Below are positions 1-9,000 of a stretch of DNA of 64,000 nt, one piece after another. Position 1 is the stretch's first letter. Every line of letters starts with the position of its first letter. The notes under the pieces were generated by a model. That model was not told the DNA's origin, searched no databases, and saw only the letters and a list, made by a program, of their open reading frames with translations. The DNA is from an uncultured Planctomycetota bacterium (GTDB taxonomy: Bacteria; Planctomycetota; Phycisphaerae; Tepidisphaerales; Tepidisphaeraceae): NCBI GenBank assembly GCA_963841915.1, contig CAWJEN010000005.1, forward strand, positions 224,001-288,000, written 5' to 3'. Made by a program: the position numbers and the translations under genes.

Positions 1-336
1 GAGCAGGGGTGTCGGCGACGCCGCCGGGCCGAGCGAGACCAGGCCGACGTGAACCACGTTCGCGGGCGACTGAACGACGGCCCCGGCGCCTGCATACCGC
101 GTCGGCGTTCGGCTGCCGTCGGTCACGAGGATCGCCGACCCGTCGAACCCCGCCACGTCGACGTTCACGTCGAACGTCAGCACGAGGGAAACGTTCTGGC
201 TAAGTGGGTTGAACGCCGCCGCCGTCAGCGTCGGCCGTGTCGGCGACGCCTCCGTCCCCCGATTCCGCCGTCGCCCCATCCGACGCACCTTGGCGGGCGT
301 GAAGGTCGCTGCGAGCTCGGAGGATGCAATAGACAT
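1..336 (-). CDS. Hypothetical beta-rich protein, runs off the window edge; not in the supplied ORF track
   Basis: Manual translation from ATG at 336: MSIASSELAATFTPAKVRRMGRRRNRGTEASPTRPTLTAAAFNPLSQNVSLVLTFDVNVDVAGFDGSAILVTDG..., open to position 1 with GC3-rich codons; co-oriented downstream of 961..1641. Confidence 0.7.
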   Translation of the reverse strand, partial: MSIASSELAATFTPAKVRRMGRRRNRGTEASPTRPTLTAAAFNPLSQNVSLVLTFDVNVDVAGFDGSAILVTDGSRTPTRYAGAGAVVQSPANVVHVGLVSLGPAASPTPLL

Positions 337-351
337 GACAAGAACCTTCAG

Positions 352-410
352 AATGGACCCGGTGCCCGGTGCAATGGACCCGGTGCCACGGTGCCCGGTC
401 CCCGGTCTCC
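352..410. repeat. Short heptamer/21-bp direct repeats abutting the hairpin array
   Basis: AATGGACCCGGTGCC at 352 and 373, followed by CCGGT(G/C/T)C-type heptamers. Confidence 0.65.
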
Positions 411-981
411 GGTGCCACGGTTTGAGCCGCCGTCTGCGGCGGGCAAACCGTGTCTGCATGACCTGGCCTCGCCGACACGGATTGCCCGCATCGGAATGCG
501 GCTCAAGCCGTGGCACCTCGGACCTAACACGTCGCGGATCGACGTCGACAACGACTACGCCGCGATCTTCAGGGCCTGGTTCGCCGCGTTGGTGGCCGTC
601 GCGCCCGATCCCCGGTGCCACGGTTTGAGCCGACGTCTGCGGCGGGCAAACCGTGTCTGCATGACCTGCCCTCGCCGACACGGATTGCCCGCATCGGAAT
701 GCGGCTCAAGCCGTGGCACCTTGAACCTGACACCTCGCGGACCGACGTCGACAACGACTACGCCGCGATCTTCAGGGCCTGGTTTGCCGCCTTGGTGGCA
801 GTCGCGCCCGGTCTCCGGTGCCACGGTTTGAGCCGACGTCTGCGGCGGGCAAACCGTGTCTGCATGGCGTGGCCTCGCCGACACGGCCTGCCCGCATCGG
901 AATGCGGCTCAATCCGTGGCACCTCGGACCCGGCACCTCGCGGATCGACGTCGACAACGACTACGCCGCGATCTTCAGGGC
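400..981. repeat. Three tandem 203-bp units, each with a ~107-bp imperfect palindrome (REP/REPIN-like) and a copy of the ALKIAA-stop gene end
   Basis: GGTGCCACGG...CCGTGGCACC hairpins start at 411, 614 and 817; CTACGCCGCGATCTTCAGGGC at 555, 758 and 961; exact period 203. Confidence 0.95.
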
Positions 982-1641
982 TGGCTGTTCCCCGGTGGCG
1001 ATGGGCGTGACGGAGGCAACATTGCTGCCGAACAGCACGTTGAACGTCGCCCACATGCCCGCCGCAGTCGAACGGACGGCTTGCATCTTGTACGTGATCT
1101 GCGTCGCCCCGGCCGGGATCGTCGCATCGACGAACTTGCGGCTGCCGACACCGCCGAGGTACTCGAAGTCGAGCGACCCGTTGACGCTCCGGTAGACCTG
1201 ATAGATCGTCCCGCTGGTGCCGGCGGGGTTGTCGCACTTCCAGCTGAGCATGAGCTCGCCGTTGCCGTTGACTTCTGACTTGAGCTCGTACGGCGTGCCG
1301 GGGGCCGGCCGCGGGCTCGGGCCGCTGGGCACCGGAATCTCGGCCAGATTGTAAATTGCGTCGCCGTCGACGTCGGCCGTCGCCCGAATCTGCGAAATGA
1401 TGGCCGAGCCGGCCGATGCCATGTTGCGGACAGCCTCGTAGAACGTTTCCGTCGCGGCTCGTGCCGCCTGTTGTGCGGCTTGCTGCGCGTTGTACGCGTC
1501 GCGGGCAGCGGTCGTCTTCGTCTCCAAAGCCGTCACGCCCGCCGGGTCGACGCCCAGCGTCGCGGCGTTCGTGGACCAGGGGCCGACGTGGTTCTCGTAG
1601 AACGAGACCTTGTCGATTCGTTTGCGGGGAACAACGATCAT
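961..1641 (-). CDS. Hypothetical protein: N-terminal Ala-rich helical region, Pro linker, C-terminal fibronectin-III-like beta-sandwich
   Basis: Probable start ATG 1641 (MIVVPRKRIDKVSFYENH); PGTP..L......GELMLSW.......TIYQVYRS......EYLG......FVD......TYKMQAVRS pattern is FN3-like; ends LKIAA. Confidence 0.8.
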   Translation of the reverse strand: MIVVPRKRIDKVSFYENHVGPWSTNAATLGVDPAGVTALETKTTAARDAYNAQQAAQQAARAATETFYEAVRNMASAGSAIISQIRATADVDGDAIYNLAEIPVPSGPSPRPAPGTPYELKSEVNGNGELMLSWKCDNPAGTSGTIYQVYRSVNGSLDFEYLGGVGSRKFVDATIPAGATQITYKMQAVRSTAAGMWATFNVLFGSNVASVTPIATGEQPALKIAA

Positions 1642-1756
1642 GGCGTGTTCTTTCCGGAGCGGCTGCTCCAACGGGCAAGCGACAATGGGTTGAGGCGTCG
1701 GACCCGATCACGCCGACCGGGCCGCTGAACGCGGATGAAGTTCGCTTGCAGCCCAG

Positions 1757-1784
1757 GCATCGGCAGCACCCATCGGTTGCTTGA
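1757..1784 (-). promoter_or_regulatory. sigma28 (FliA/WhiG)-like promoter
   Basis: Minus strand TCAAG-N15-GCCGATGC, ~115 bp upstream of ATG 1641; sigma28 consensus is TAAAG-N~15-GCCGATAA. Confidence 0.55.
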
Positions 1785-1841
1785 CGACGACGTACGATTT
1801 TCTTGATCGTGTTCGCGTCACGTGGAGCGGCAAACAACTCT

Positions 1842-1920
1842 GGTGGCACGGGTCGCGTCTGCGAAACCCGTGTCGGCGATGGTTCCCGACACGGGTCTCG
1901 CAGACGCGACCCGTGCCACC
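1842..1920. repeat. 79-bp near-perfect palindrome (REP-like, related to the 411-type hairpins)
   Basis: GGTGGCACGGGTCGCGTCTGCGAAACCCGTGTCGG / CCGACACGGGTCTCGCAGACGCGACCCGTGCCACC. Confidence 0.9.
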
Positions 1921-2071
1921 TTCGGCCGAACCCCTTCCCGTCTCGAATGCCATCGACAGATCGGTGTCCTCATGCTCCGATAGCTCACCCGGTCCGGGAA
2001 CATCGCCCGTTCGCGACTGCCAACGCCGGTCGTCCGAGAACAAGGTCCAATCCTCCCGATGACCGACGATT

Positions 2072-2295
2072 GTTCATCGACGCACAACCACCGGTCATCA
2101 ACGCACCACGGCCGGTCATCAACGCACCACGGCCGGTCATCAACGCACAACCGCCGGTCATCGACGCACCACGGCCGGTCATCAACGCACAACCGCCGGT
2201 CATCAACGCACAACCGCCGGTCATCAACGCACCGCCGCGGGTCATCAACGCACCGCCGCGGGTCATCAACGCACAATCGCGGGTCATCCCGGAAC
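2072..2295. repeat. 21-bp-period array, ~10.5 units: 14-bp constant core + 7-bp variable segment
   Basis: GGTCATC(A/G)ACGCAC at 2093, 2114, 2135, 2156, 2177, 2198, 2219, 2240 and 2261, with degenerate units at 2072 and 2282; linkers AACCACC, CACGGCC, AACCGCC, CGCCGCG, AATCGCG. Confidence 0.95.
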
Positions 2296-2646
2296 CGTGC
2301 CGACATCAGTGCTGCGATAAGGGTCTGACCTCTAAACTTCGTTTACTTCCCTTCGTTAACCCCTTATCTTCGTCCTTTCTGATTATTCTCGCACCTGATC
2401 TGCTAGCACCGGGCCGGATAGACTGGCGAAATCAGAGGGTCGAGACAGAGCCCGATGTCCCCGTTTCGACCCGCCCTTGCCTCCTTCCCCACCGGATCCG
2501 GCTCCCGAACGCTAATCCCTGCGACCATGTTCCTGCACAGATGTCTAGGTTTCTGCCCGTGTCGTCTGCTTTGGTGACCCGTTCATCAACCCTGCGAGAT
2601 TGATACCGTATCGTCGCACGCTCGCGTACCAAGATAACAGTCAACA

Positions 2647-4911
2647 ATGCTGAAATCGCTCGTCCTCGATAACGTCGCAACGTTCAGGACCCGCACGGAG
2701 ATGGCAGACCTGAGAAAGGTCAACTACATCTACGGAGCTAACGGGACGGGCAAGACGACGATCTCCCGTGTACTTGCTGATCTCGCGGGTCATCCACGCT
2801 GCAGTGCGACCTGGGCCGACGGAAAGGAGGTGAGGTGTTTGGTTTACAACCGCGACTTCCGCGCGCAAACACTTCCGGCAGGACGCATCCGTGCCGGGCG
2901 TGTTCACCCTCGGTGCCGACCTAGTCGAGCTTCAGGAGAAGATTAAATCGGCGAAGAAGGAGATGGACCGCAAGGAAGAACGCATCCGTGACATGAACGT
3001 TGAACTCGACGGGGATGAAGAACACGAGGGGAAGCGTAAGCAGCGACGACAAGTCGATGAGACCCTGAAAACGGCCGCGTGGACGGTGATGAAGACCCAT
3101 AAGAGCACATTCCAGCAGGCGTTCAAGGGTGTCAGTGCGGACAAAGGCAAGTTCCTGAACCGCCTCCTCAAGGAGCGCCGAAGAGAACACCGCCGAGCCT
3201 GCAGCACAGCAGGATCTGGAGGCGCGTGCGGCCACGCTCTACGGGACCGCACCAGTACGCGAAGTCGGCGTTACCGAACCTGTCGTGGGATGCGATCATG
3301 CGGTGCGAAGAGCACCCGCTGCTTAGCAAGGTCATCGTCGGGAGCGCTGACGTCGACCTCGCCGGACTCATCGAGGCGTTAGAGCATGGGGACTGGGTCA
3401 AGGCGGGATTGTCGCATCTGGAGCGGACCGACGGCTCATGTCCCTTCTGCCAGCAACCGGTACCGGACAAGCTCCGGTCTGACCTAGACGCCTTCTTCGG
3501 GGGGAGCTACCAGGCGGACATCGAGGCACTCGCCGATCTGGTCGCCGACTACAAGCGCCACGACGCGGCGCTGCGTCAATCGTTAGACGACCTCGCCGAA
3601 CGTGGTACCCCGCGCCTCGACGCGGCGCTTTTCGAGGCGCACCGTCAGGCGATCGTCTCCGTCCTCGACGAGAACCACGCCACCCTCCTCACGAAACAGG
3701 GTGCTCCGGGTCAAAAGGTAACGCTCAAATCCATTGGCGACGTCGTCACACCACTCGCCGACCTCATCACGGAAGCCAACGCCGCTATCAAGCAGCACAA
3801 TGCCCTCGTCGACAACCGGCACGAAGAGACACGCGAACTCACGGATCAGGTTTGGCGTCACTTGATCGACGGTCCGCTGAAGAACTCACTGGACAAGCAC
3901 AAAGCCGAGGTTGAGAGCCTGAACAAGGCAATCGACGGGATCACCACGAAGCAAGTTACGGCCGAGAAAGAACAAAACCGCCTGAAGGCGGAACTCGCTG
4001 CATTGGAGCGGAAGGTGACTGGTGTCGTCCCGACCATGACGGCGATCAACGACTTGCTCGAGGCCTACGGCTTCGACACCTTTCGACTCGCCGAAGCGAC
4101 GGGTTCCTCCAACGCCTACGAGCTCCGCCGGCCGGACGGCACCGCCTGTGGCGACACCCTCAGCGACGGGGAGCAAACGTTCGTCACGCTTCTTTACTTC
4201 TACCACCTAGTTTGTAACGGCAGTCACGAGTCGGACGCCGTCACCACGCCCCGCGTCGTCGTCTTCGACGACCCGGTGTCGAGTGTCGACGGCGACACGC
4301 TCTTCGTTATAAGCCACCTGATCCAGGACGTGATCAAGAGAGTACGGGAATCGTCAGACAGCCAATCGCAGGATGGTGGGGGCGAAACAGGAGAGGTAAC
4401 GCAGGTTTTTGTGCTAACGCACAATGTCTACTTTCACAAGCAGGTTGCGTTCCACACGAAGCGGCAGAAGGGAAAAGCTTTTAAGGACGAGACATTCTGG
4501 GTCGTCCGCCGCGTGAACACGATGTCGACAATCGAGCAGCACGACAGGAACCCGGTCCGTGATTCCTATGGCCTCCTGTGGGACGACGTCCGCGACCAAC
4601 AGCGCAGCGCTAACCAACTCTGCAACACGCTGCGCCGCATCCTTGAAACCTATTTCAAGATGTTTGGCTCGGTTGACCTGCGCACTCTTGAGGACAAATT
4701 CGACGGTTCCGAGAGGGTCTTGTGCGCGTCGCTACTCTCCTGGGCCCACGACGGATCGCACGCGGCGATGGACGACCTGCACGCCGCTCAAAGTCCCGAC
4801 GCCAGAGTCCGTTATCTCGCCGTGTTTCGGAAGATCTTCGAGAAGCACAACCACCTCGCTCACTACAAGATGATGATGGGTGACAACGCAGATAAATGCG
4901 GAACGGAATAA
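2647..4911 (+). CDS. RloC-like AAA_13 ABC-ATPase with zinc hook and C-terminal HEPN-like domain; three apparent +1 frameshifts (~2860, ~3176, ~3258), either assembly error or pseudogene
   Basis: Walker A YGANGTGKTT, VYNRDF, coiled coil with CPFCQQ hook, LSDGEQ signature, VVVFDDPVSS Walker B, VLTHN H-loop, NTLRRILETYF...SWAHDGSH; split over supplied ORFs 2647, 2891 and 3226. Confidence 0.85.
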
Positions 4912-5817
4912 GGGGTCAGCCCCCTCGGGGGCAGAATAAGGGGGGGGCAGAATAAGGGGGGGCAGAATAAGGGGTCAGACCCCTTGAACCTACCGGCATT
5001 CCACGCGAGGTCAACGCCGTGCGGGTCCGCCACCGTCGAGGTGAATACGGGTGGTGCGATGCTTAGCAGGCGACGTGGCTCAAGTGTCTCGAACGCGACG
5101 CGGCGTCGTTCACGCGACGGTCGCCGCAGGAACGCTGCCAGCAGCGCCAGCGGGGCGACGACGCCCGTCGGCTCGGGGACGTAGAGCGAGGCGACGATGC
5201 CGAACGTATCGGTCGTGCTTGCTAAGAAAATCTCATAACCGGCCGTCGAGTCGGTGACGATATAGGCCACGTCGAGCTGCGTGATGTCGGCGGACGCCGG
5301 CAGTTCGTAGTGGCCGTAAACAAAGCCGCCGAGGAACCAACTAAACGGCCCGCCGACGTCGGGCGGGTCCGCGTAGGCGACGAGGGGCGTGCTGGGCAGC
5401 GGGCTGTTGGCGATCCGCTGATCGAACAGCGGGTCGACCTCCGAGATGTTGACGTTGAACGCCTCCGGCGGCGGCGTCAGCACGTGGCTGTCGAAGTTCA
5501 TCGCCGACGGCACCAGGTTCTGCGCGTCGTCGACTGGGCTGGTGGCGGTGTAGTTGCCGGTGCCGGTCGGGTCGGTCCAGCGTTGGTGCAGGTCGCCGAA
5601 GGCGGCACCGGCGATCTGGTCCTGCCCGGCGGACGCCCATGTAGACGAGCGTGATGGGGTCGTCGCTGGTGACGCGGAGGGTGAAGCCGCGGAAGCCGTC
5701 GAGGGTGGTGGTGCCGTCGGTGGGCGTGCCACGATCAATGACGTCGATCGTGATGGCCGCCGGTGCGGCGGGGGCGAGGGCGAGGCTGGCAAGAACGGCG
5801 ATGAGGAACTTCGGCAT
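4863..5817 (-). CDS. PEP-CTERM sorting-domain protein, frameshift ~5631, reading through into a LEPRxLL motif and truncated by a repeat
   Basis: Signal peptide MPKFLIAVLASLALAPAAPA (ATG 5817); VPEPTGVVAPLALLAAFLRR at ~5180-5120; then RERRRVAFETLEPRRLLS; FKGSDPL tail is repeat-derived. Confidence 0.75.
4904..4985. repeat. GGGGTCAGACCCC-type REP-like element with tandem GGGCAGAATAAGGG units
   Basis: CGGAATAAGGGGTCAGCCCCC...(GGGGCAGAATAA)x3...GGGGTCAGACCCCT; contains the TAA of the ATPase gene; related TAAGGGTCTGACC near 2318. Confidence 0.75.
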
Positions 5818-5969
5818 GGCGGCAGGCAAGGGACGACGGCGCAGGCGACGCCCCAAGGTACCACGTCCCGCCGCCGCACCAACGACATTTGGAGGATCCT
5901 CACGGAACCTTCACCTGCCCCGCCGCTGCGTTACAGACGACGGACATTTGCTTCCGTTGCAGATAGGCT

Positions 5970-6028
5970 CCTGACCCCTCGGTTCCGCCTGACCCCTTAG
6001 TTCCGCCCGCCGCGACCCGTGCCACCTT
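5970..6028. repeat. Inverted copy of the 4904 element plus half copy of the 1842 palindrome
   Basis: CTGACCCCTTAGTTCCG 5989-6005; CGCGACCCGTGCCACCTT 6011-6028 identical to 1905-1922. Confidence 0.8.
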
Positions 6029-6040
6029 GCCGTGACGACT

Positions 6041-9000
6041 TCAAGAAGCCGTCGCCGGTTGCTCTGCCTCGTAGCCCTTCATGAGCAGGTTGCGCAGCGT
6101 CAGCAGCAACGGCTCGGGCTCGATGAACACGGCCGGGGGGCGGAGGTAGATGGTCTTTTGGTCGATCACGCGGAGGGTGCCGGGGGCGCCTTGCAGAGCC
6201 TGTTGGGCGCGGGTCGCGTCGCGGACGCCGAGGGCGACGTCGGGGACTTGGCGAACGATGCGGTCGATGCCGAAGTGGCTGGCGAGGAGGCGGAGCTCGG
6301 TCAGGGCGTAGACGACTTCCATCTGTCGCGGCGGCTCGCCGAAGGCGTCGGCGACGTCTTGTTTCAACTGGCGGATCTCTTCGATGGTCGTGCAGCGGGT
6401 CAGGCGGCGATACAGGTCCATCCGCTGGCGGTCGTTGTGGACGTACGTCTTGGGGATGAACGTCGTCACGTCGATCTCGACGTGGGCCTCGGGCTTGGTC
6501 GCGATCGGCTCGTCCTTGAGCTGGCGCGTGGCGTCTTCGAGGAGCTGGCAGTACATCTCGTAGCCGACGGTGGCGATGTGGCCCGACTGCTCGGGGCCGA
6601 GGATGTTGCCGGCCCCGCGGAGTTCGAGGTCACGCATGGCGATTTTGAAGCCGGCGCCGAGGTGGGAAAACTCCTCGATGGCTTTGAGCCGTTTGGCGGC
6701 GACTTCAGTCAGGACGCGGTCGGCGGGCAGGAGCATGTAGCAGTAAGCCCGGTGCTTGTACCGCCCGACGCGTCCGCGTAGCTGGTGCAACGCGCTCAGG
6801 CCGAACCGGTCGGCCCCGTTGATGAACATCGTGTTGGCGTTAGGAATGTCCAGGCCGCTCTCGATGATCGTCGTGGCGACGAGCACGTCCGCCTCGTGGC
6901 GGATGAACTTGAGCATGACTTTTTCGAGCTCGCCTTCGTCCATCTGGCCGTGGCCGTAGATGACGCGGGCGTCGGGGCACAATCGCTTGATCATCGCCGC
7001 CTGTTCTGCGATGTCGAAGACCTTGTTGTGGACGTAAAACACCTGCCCGCCCCGCTGCAGTTCGCGGTTGATGGCGAGCCTGATGCGTTCCTCTTCGAAG
7101 CTAAGGACTTCCGTCACGATTGCCCGCCGATCCTGCGGCGGCGTCGTTAGGCTGCTGATGTCACGGAGGCCGACCATGCCCATGTGCAGCGTCCGGGGAA
7201 TGGGCGTGGCCGACATCGTCAGGACGTCGACTTGCGTGCGGAGTTGCTTGAGTTTTTCCTTGTGGGTGACGCCGAACCGCTGTTCTTCGTCGACGATGAC
7301 GAGGCCGAGGTCCTTGAAGTGCGTGCCCTTGCCGAGAAGTTTGTGCGTGCCGATGACGATGTCGATGTCACCCGAGGCGAGTGCGGCCTGGATGTCTTTG
7401 GTTTGCCGTGCGGTCTTGAAGCGGCTGAGCGATTCGATCGCGAACGGGTAGGCCTTCATCCGCTCCTTGAAGGAGCGTTCGTGCTGCTCGGCGAGCACCG
7501 TCGTCGGCACGAGCACCGCGACCTGCTTGCCGGCTTCGACGGCTTTGAATGCGGCTCGCATGGCCATCTCGGTCTTGCCGTAGCCGACGTCGCCGCAAAG
7601 GAGGCGGTCCATCGGCCGCGGCTTGGTCATGTCGCTCTTGATGTCCTCGGCCGCCGTGAGCTGATCCTCCGTCTCGCTGTACGGGAACTCGGCCTCGAAC
7701 TCCTTTTGCCACTCGGTGTCGCTCGGGAATGGGTGGCCGACCTCAGCGGCACGGCGAGCCTGGACCTCGAGCATCTCGGCCGCCATGTCCATCACGGCTT
7801 CGCCGACCTTTTCCTTCTGCTTCTCCCAAGCGGTGCCGCCGAGCTTGGAAAGCGTCGGGTGCCCGCTGAAGCCGCCGACGTACTTCTGGACGAGGTTGAT
7901 GCGGCTGGCCGGAACGTACAGCGCCGCATTCTCGGCGAATCGGAGCGTGAGATACTCTTCCTTGCGGCCCTCCTTTTCCATCGTCTGCATGCCGGTGAAC
8001 TTGGCGATGCCGTGGGCGACGTGGACGACGTAATCGCCGACGCTGAGGTCGAGGAACGAGTCGATCTGCTTGGTGGTGCCCCCACCGACGCCCTTGCTCC
8101 TGACGCGCCTTCGCATCTCGTAGCGGTGGAACAACTCGTGGTGGCCTACCAAAGCGACGAGAGATGAGGAACGAGCAACGGGTCCAGAGGCGTCCGCTCC
8201 GGCCTCGTTGCTCAATCCTCGTTCCTCGTCTCTTTCATCCCCCCAGACGAAGCCGCGGTGGAGGTAGCCGATCGGTGTGTCGATCCGCTCGCACGCACCG
8301 GGAGATTCGGCCTCGAGTAGTTCGCACAGCCGCGACTGGTCGCCGCTGTTCTCGCAGAACACGGTCACGCTCTGCCGGCGCGACAGCTCGCCAACTTCTT
8401 CAAGCGCTTTCTTCGACTCCGTCTCGAACATTTGAAGGCTGCGCACCGGCAGCTTCAGACTCTTCACGTAGTCGGCCGCGGCATCGTTGACCAGGCTGAC
8501 GTAGCCTTGATCAAACTGACTTGCCTCGATCGTGGGTCGCTTGCCGATGAGCTTCAGCACGCTGGCCAGCGGGTACAAGCCACGCTGATCAGCGGCTTTC
8601 GTGAGGTAACTTCTGGCCTGTTCAGCAATCTCAAGTGGAGCCCAGAAGAAGACGATCGCGTCGTCCGGAACGAACTTGAGCACGCTGGTCGAACGGCTTT
8701 CGTCGACTTTCCCCTTCAGGTCGACGAACTCGACGGCCTCCAGCGTTCCCTCGCTGCCGAGCGTGTCGATGTTGAACCGCTTGAGCGTCTCGACCTGGTC
8801 GCCGAAGAAGTCGACCCGCACGGGCAGGCCGAGCTGTTGCAGCCCGCTGCCGTCGACGGTGCCGAATTTGCCTGGCAGGTAGACGTCGATGATCCCGCCG
8901 CGGACGGCGAAGTCGCCTGGGACTTCCACCTGGTCGAGACGGTTGTAGCCGTGATCGCTGAGCCAGACGATGAGCTTCTCGGGCTCGATCTCCTGGCCAG

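Noticed and set aside
555..820. tmRNA gene or fragment suggested by the AANQALKIAA tail
   Set aside because: No tRNA-like acceptor or T-arm nearby; the last 21 bp are identical to the neighbouring gene end, which explains them
400..1000. Diversity-generating retroelement or shufflon
   Set aside because: No reverse transcriptase or invertase in the window; differences between units are not adenine-specific; units are direct, not inverted
49..1849. Supplied ORFs such as 49..831, 209..628, 615..1010 and 758..1849
   Set aside because: Translations of hairpin repeats or alternate frames of the real 961..1641 gene
2072..2295. CRISPR array (also considered for 35905-36134 and 400-981)
   Set aside because: Variable parts are only 7 bp and often repeated, the 203-bp units have no unique spacers, and no cas genes are in the window
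1803..2603. Heptad-repeat ORFs over the array (INAPRPV, CVDDRRL, ALMTGG frames)
   Set aside because: Several frames on both strands are open simply because the unit is 21 bp; no convincing RBS or codon bias; cannot be fully excluded
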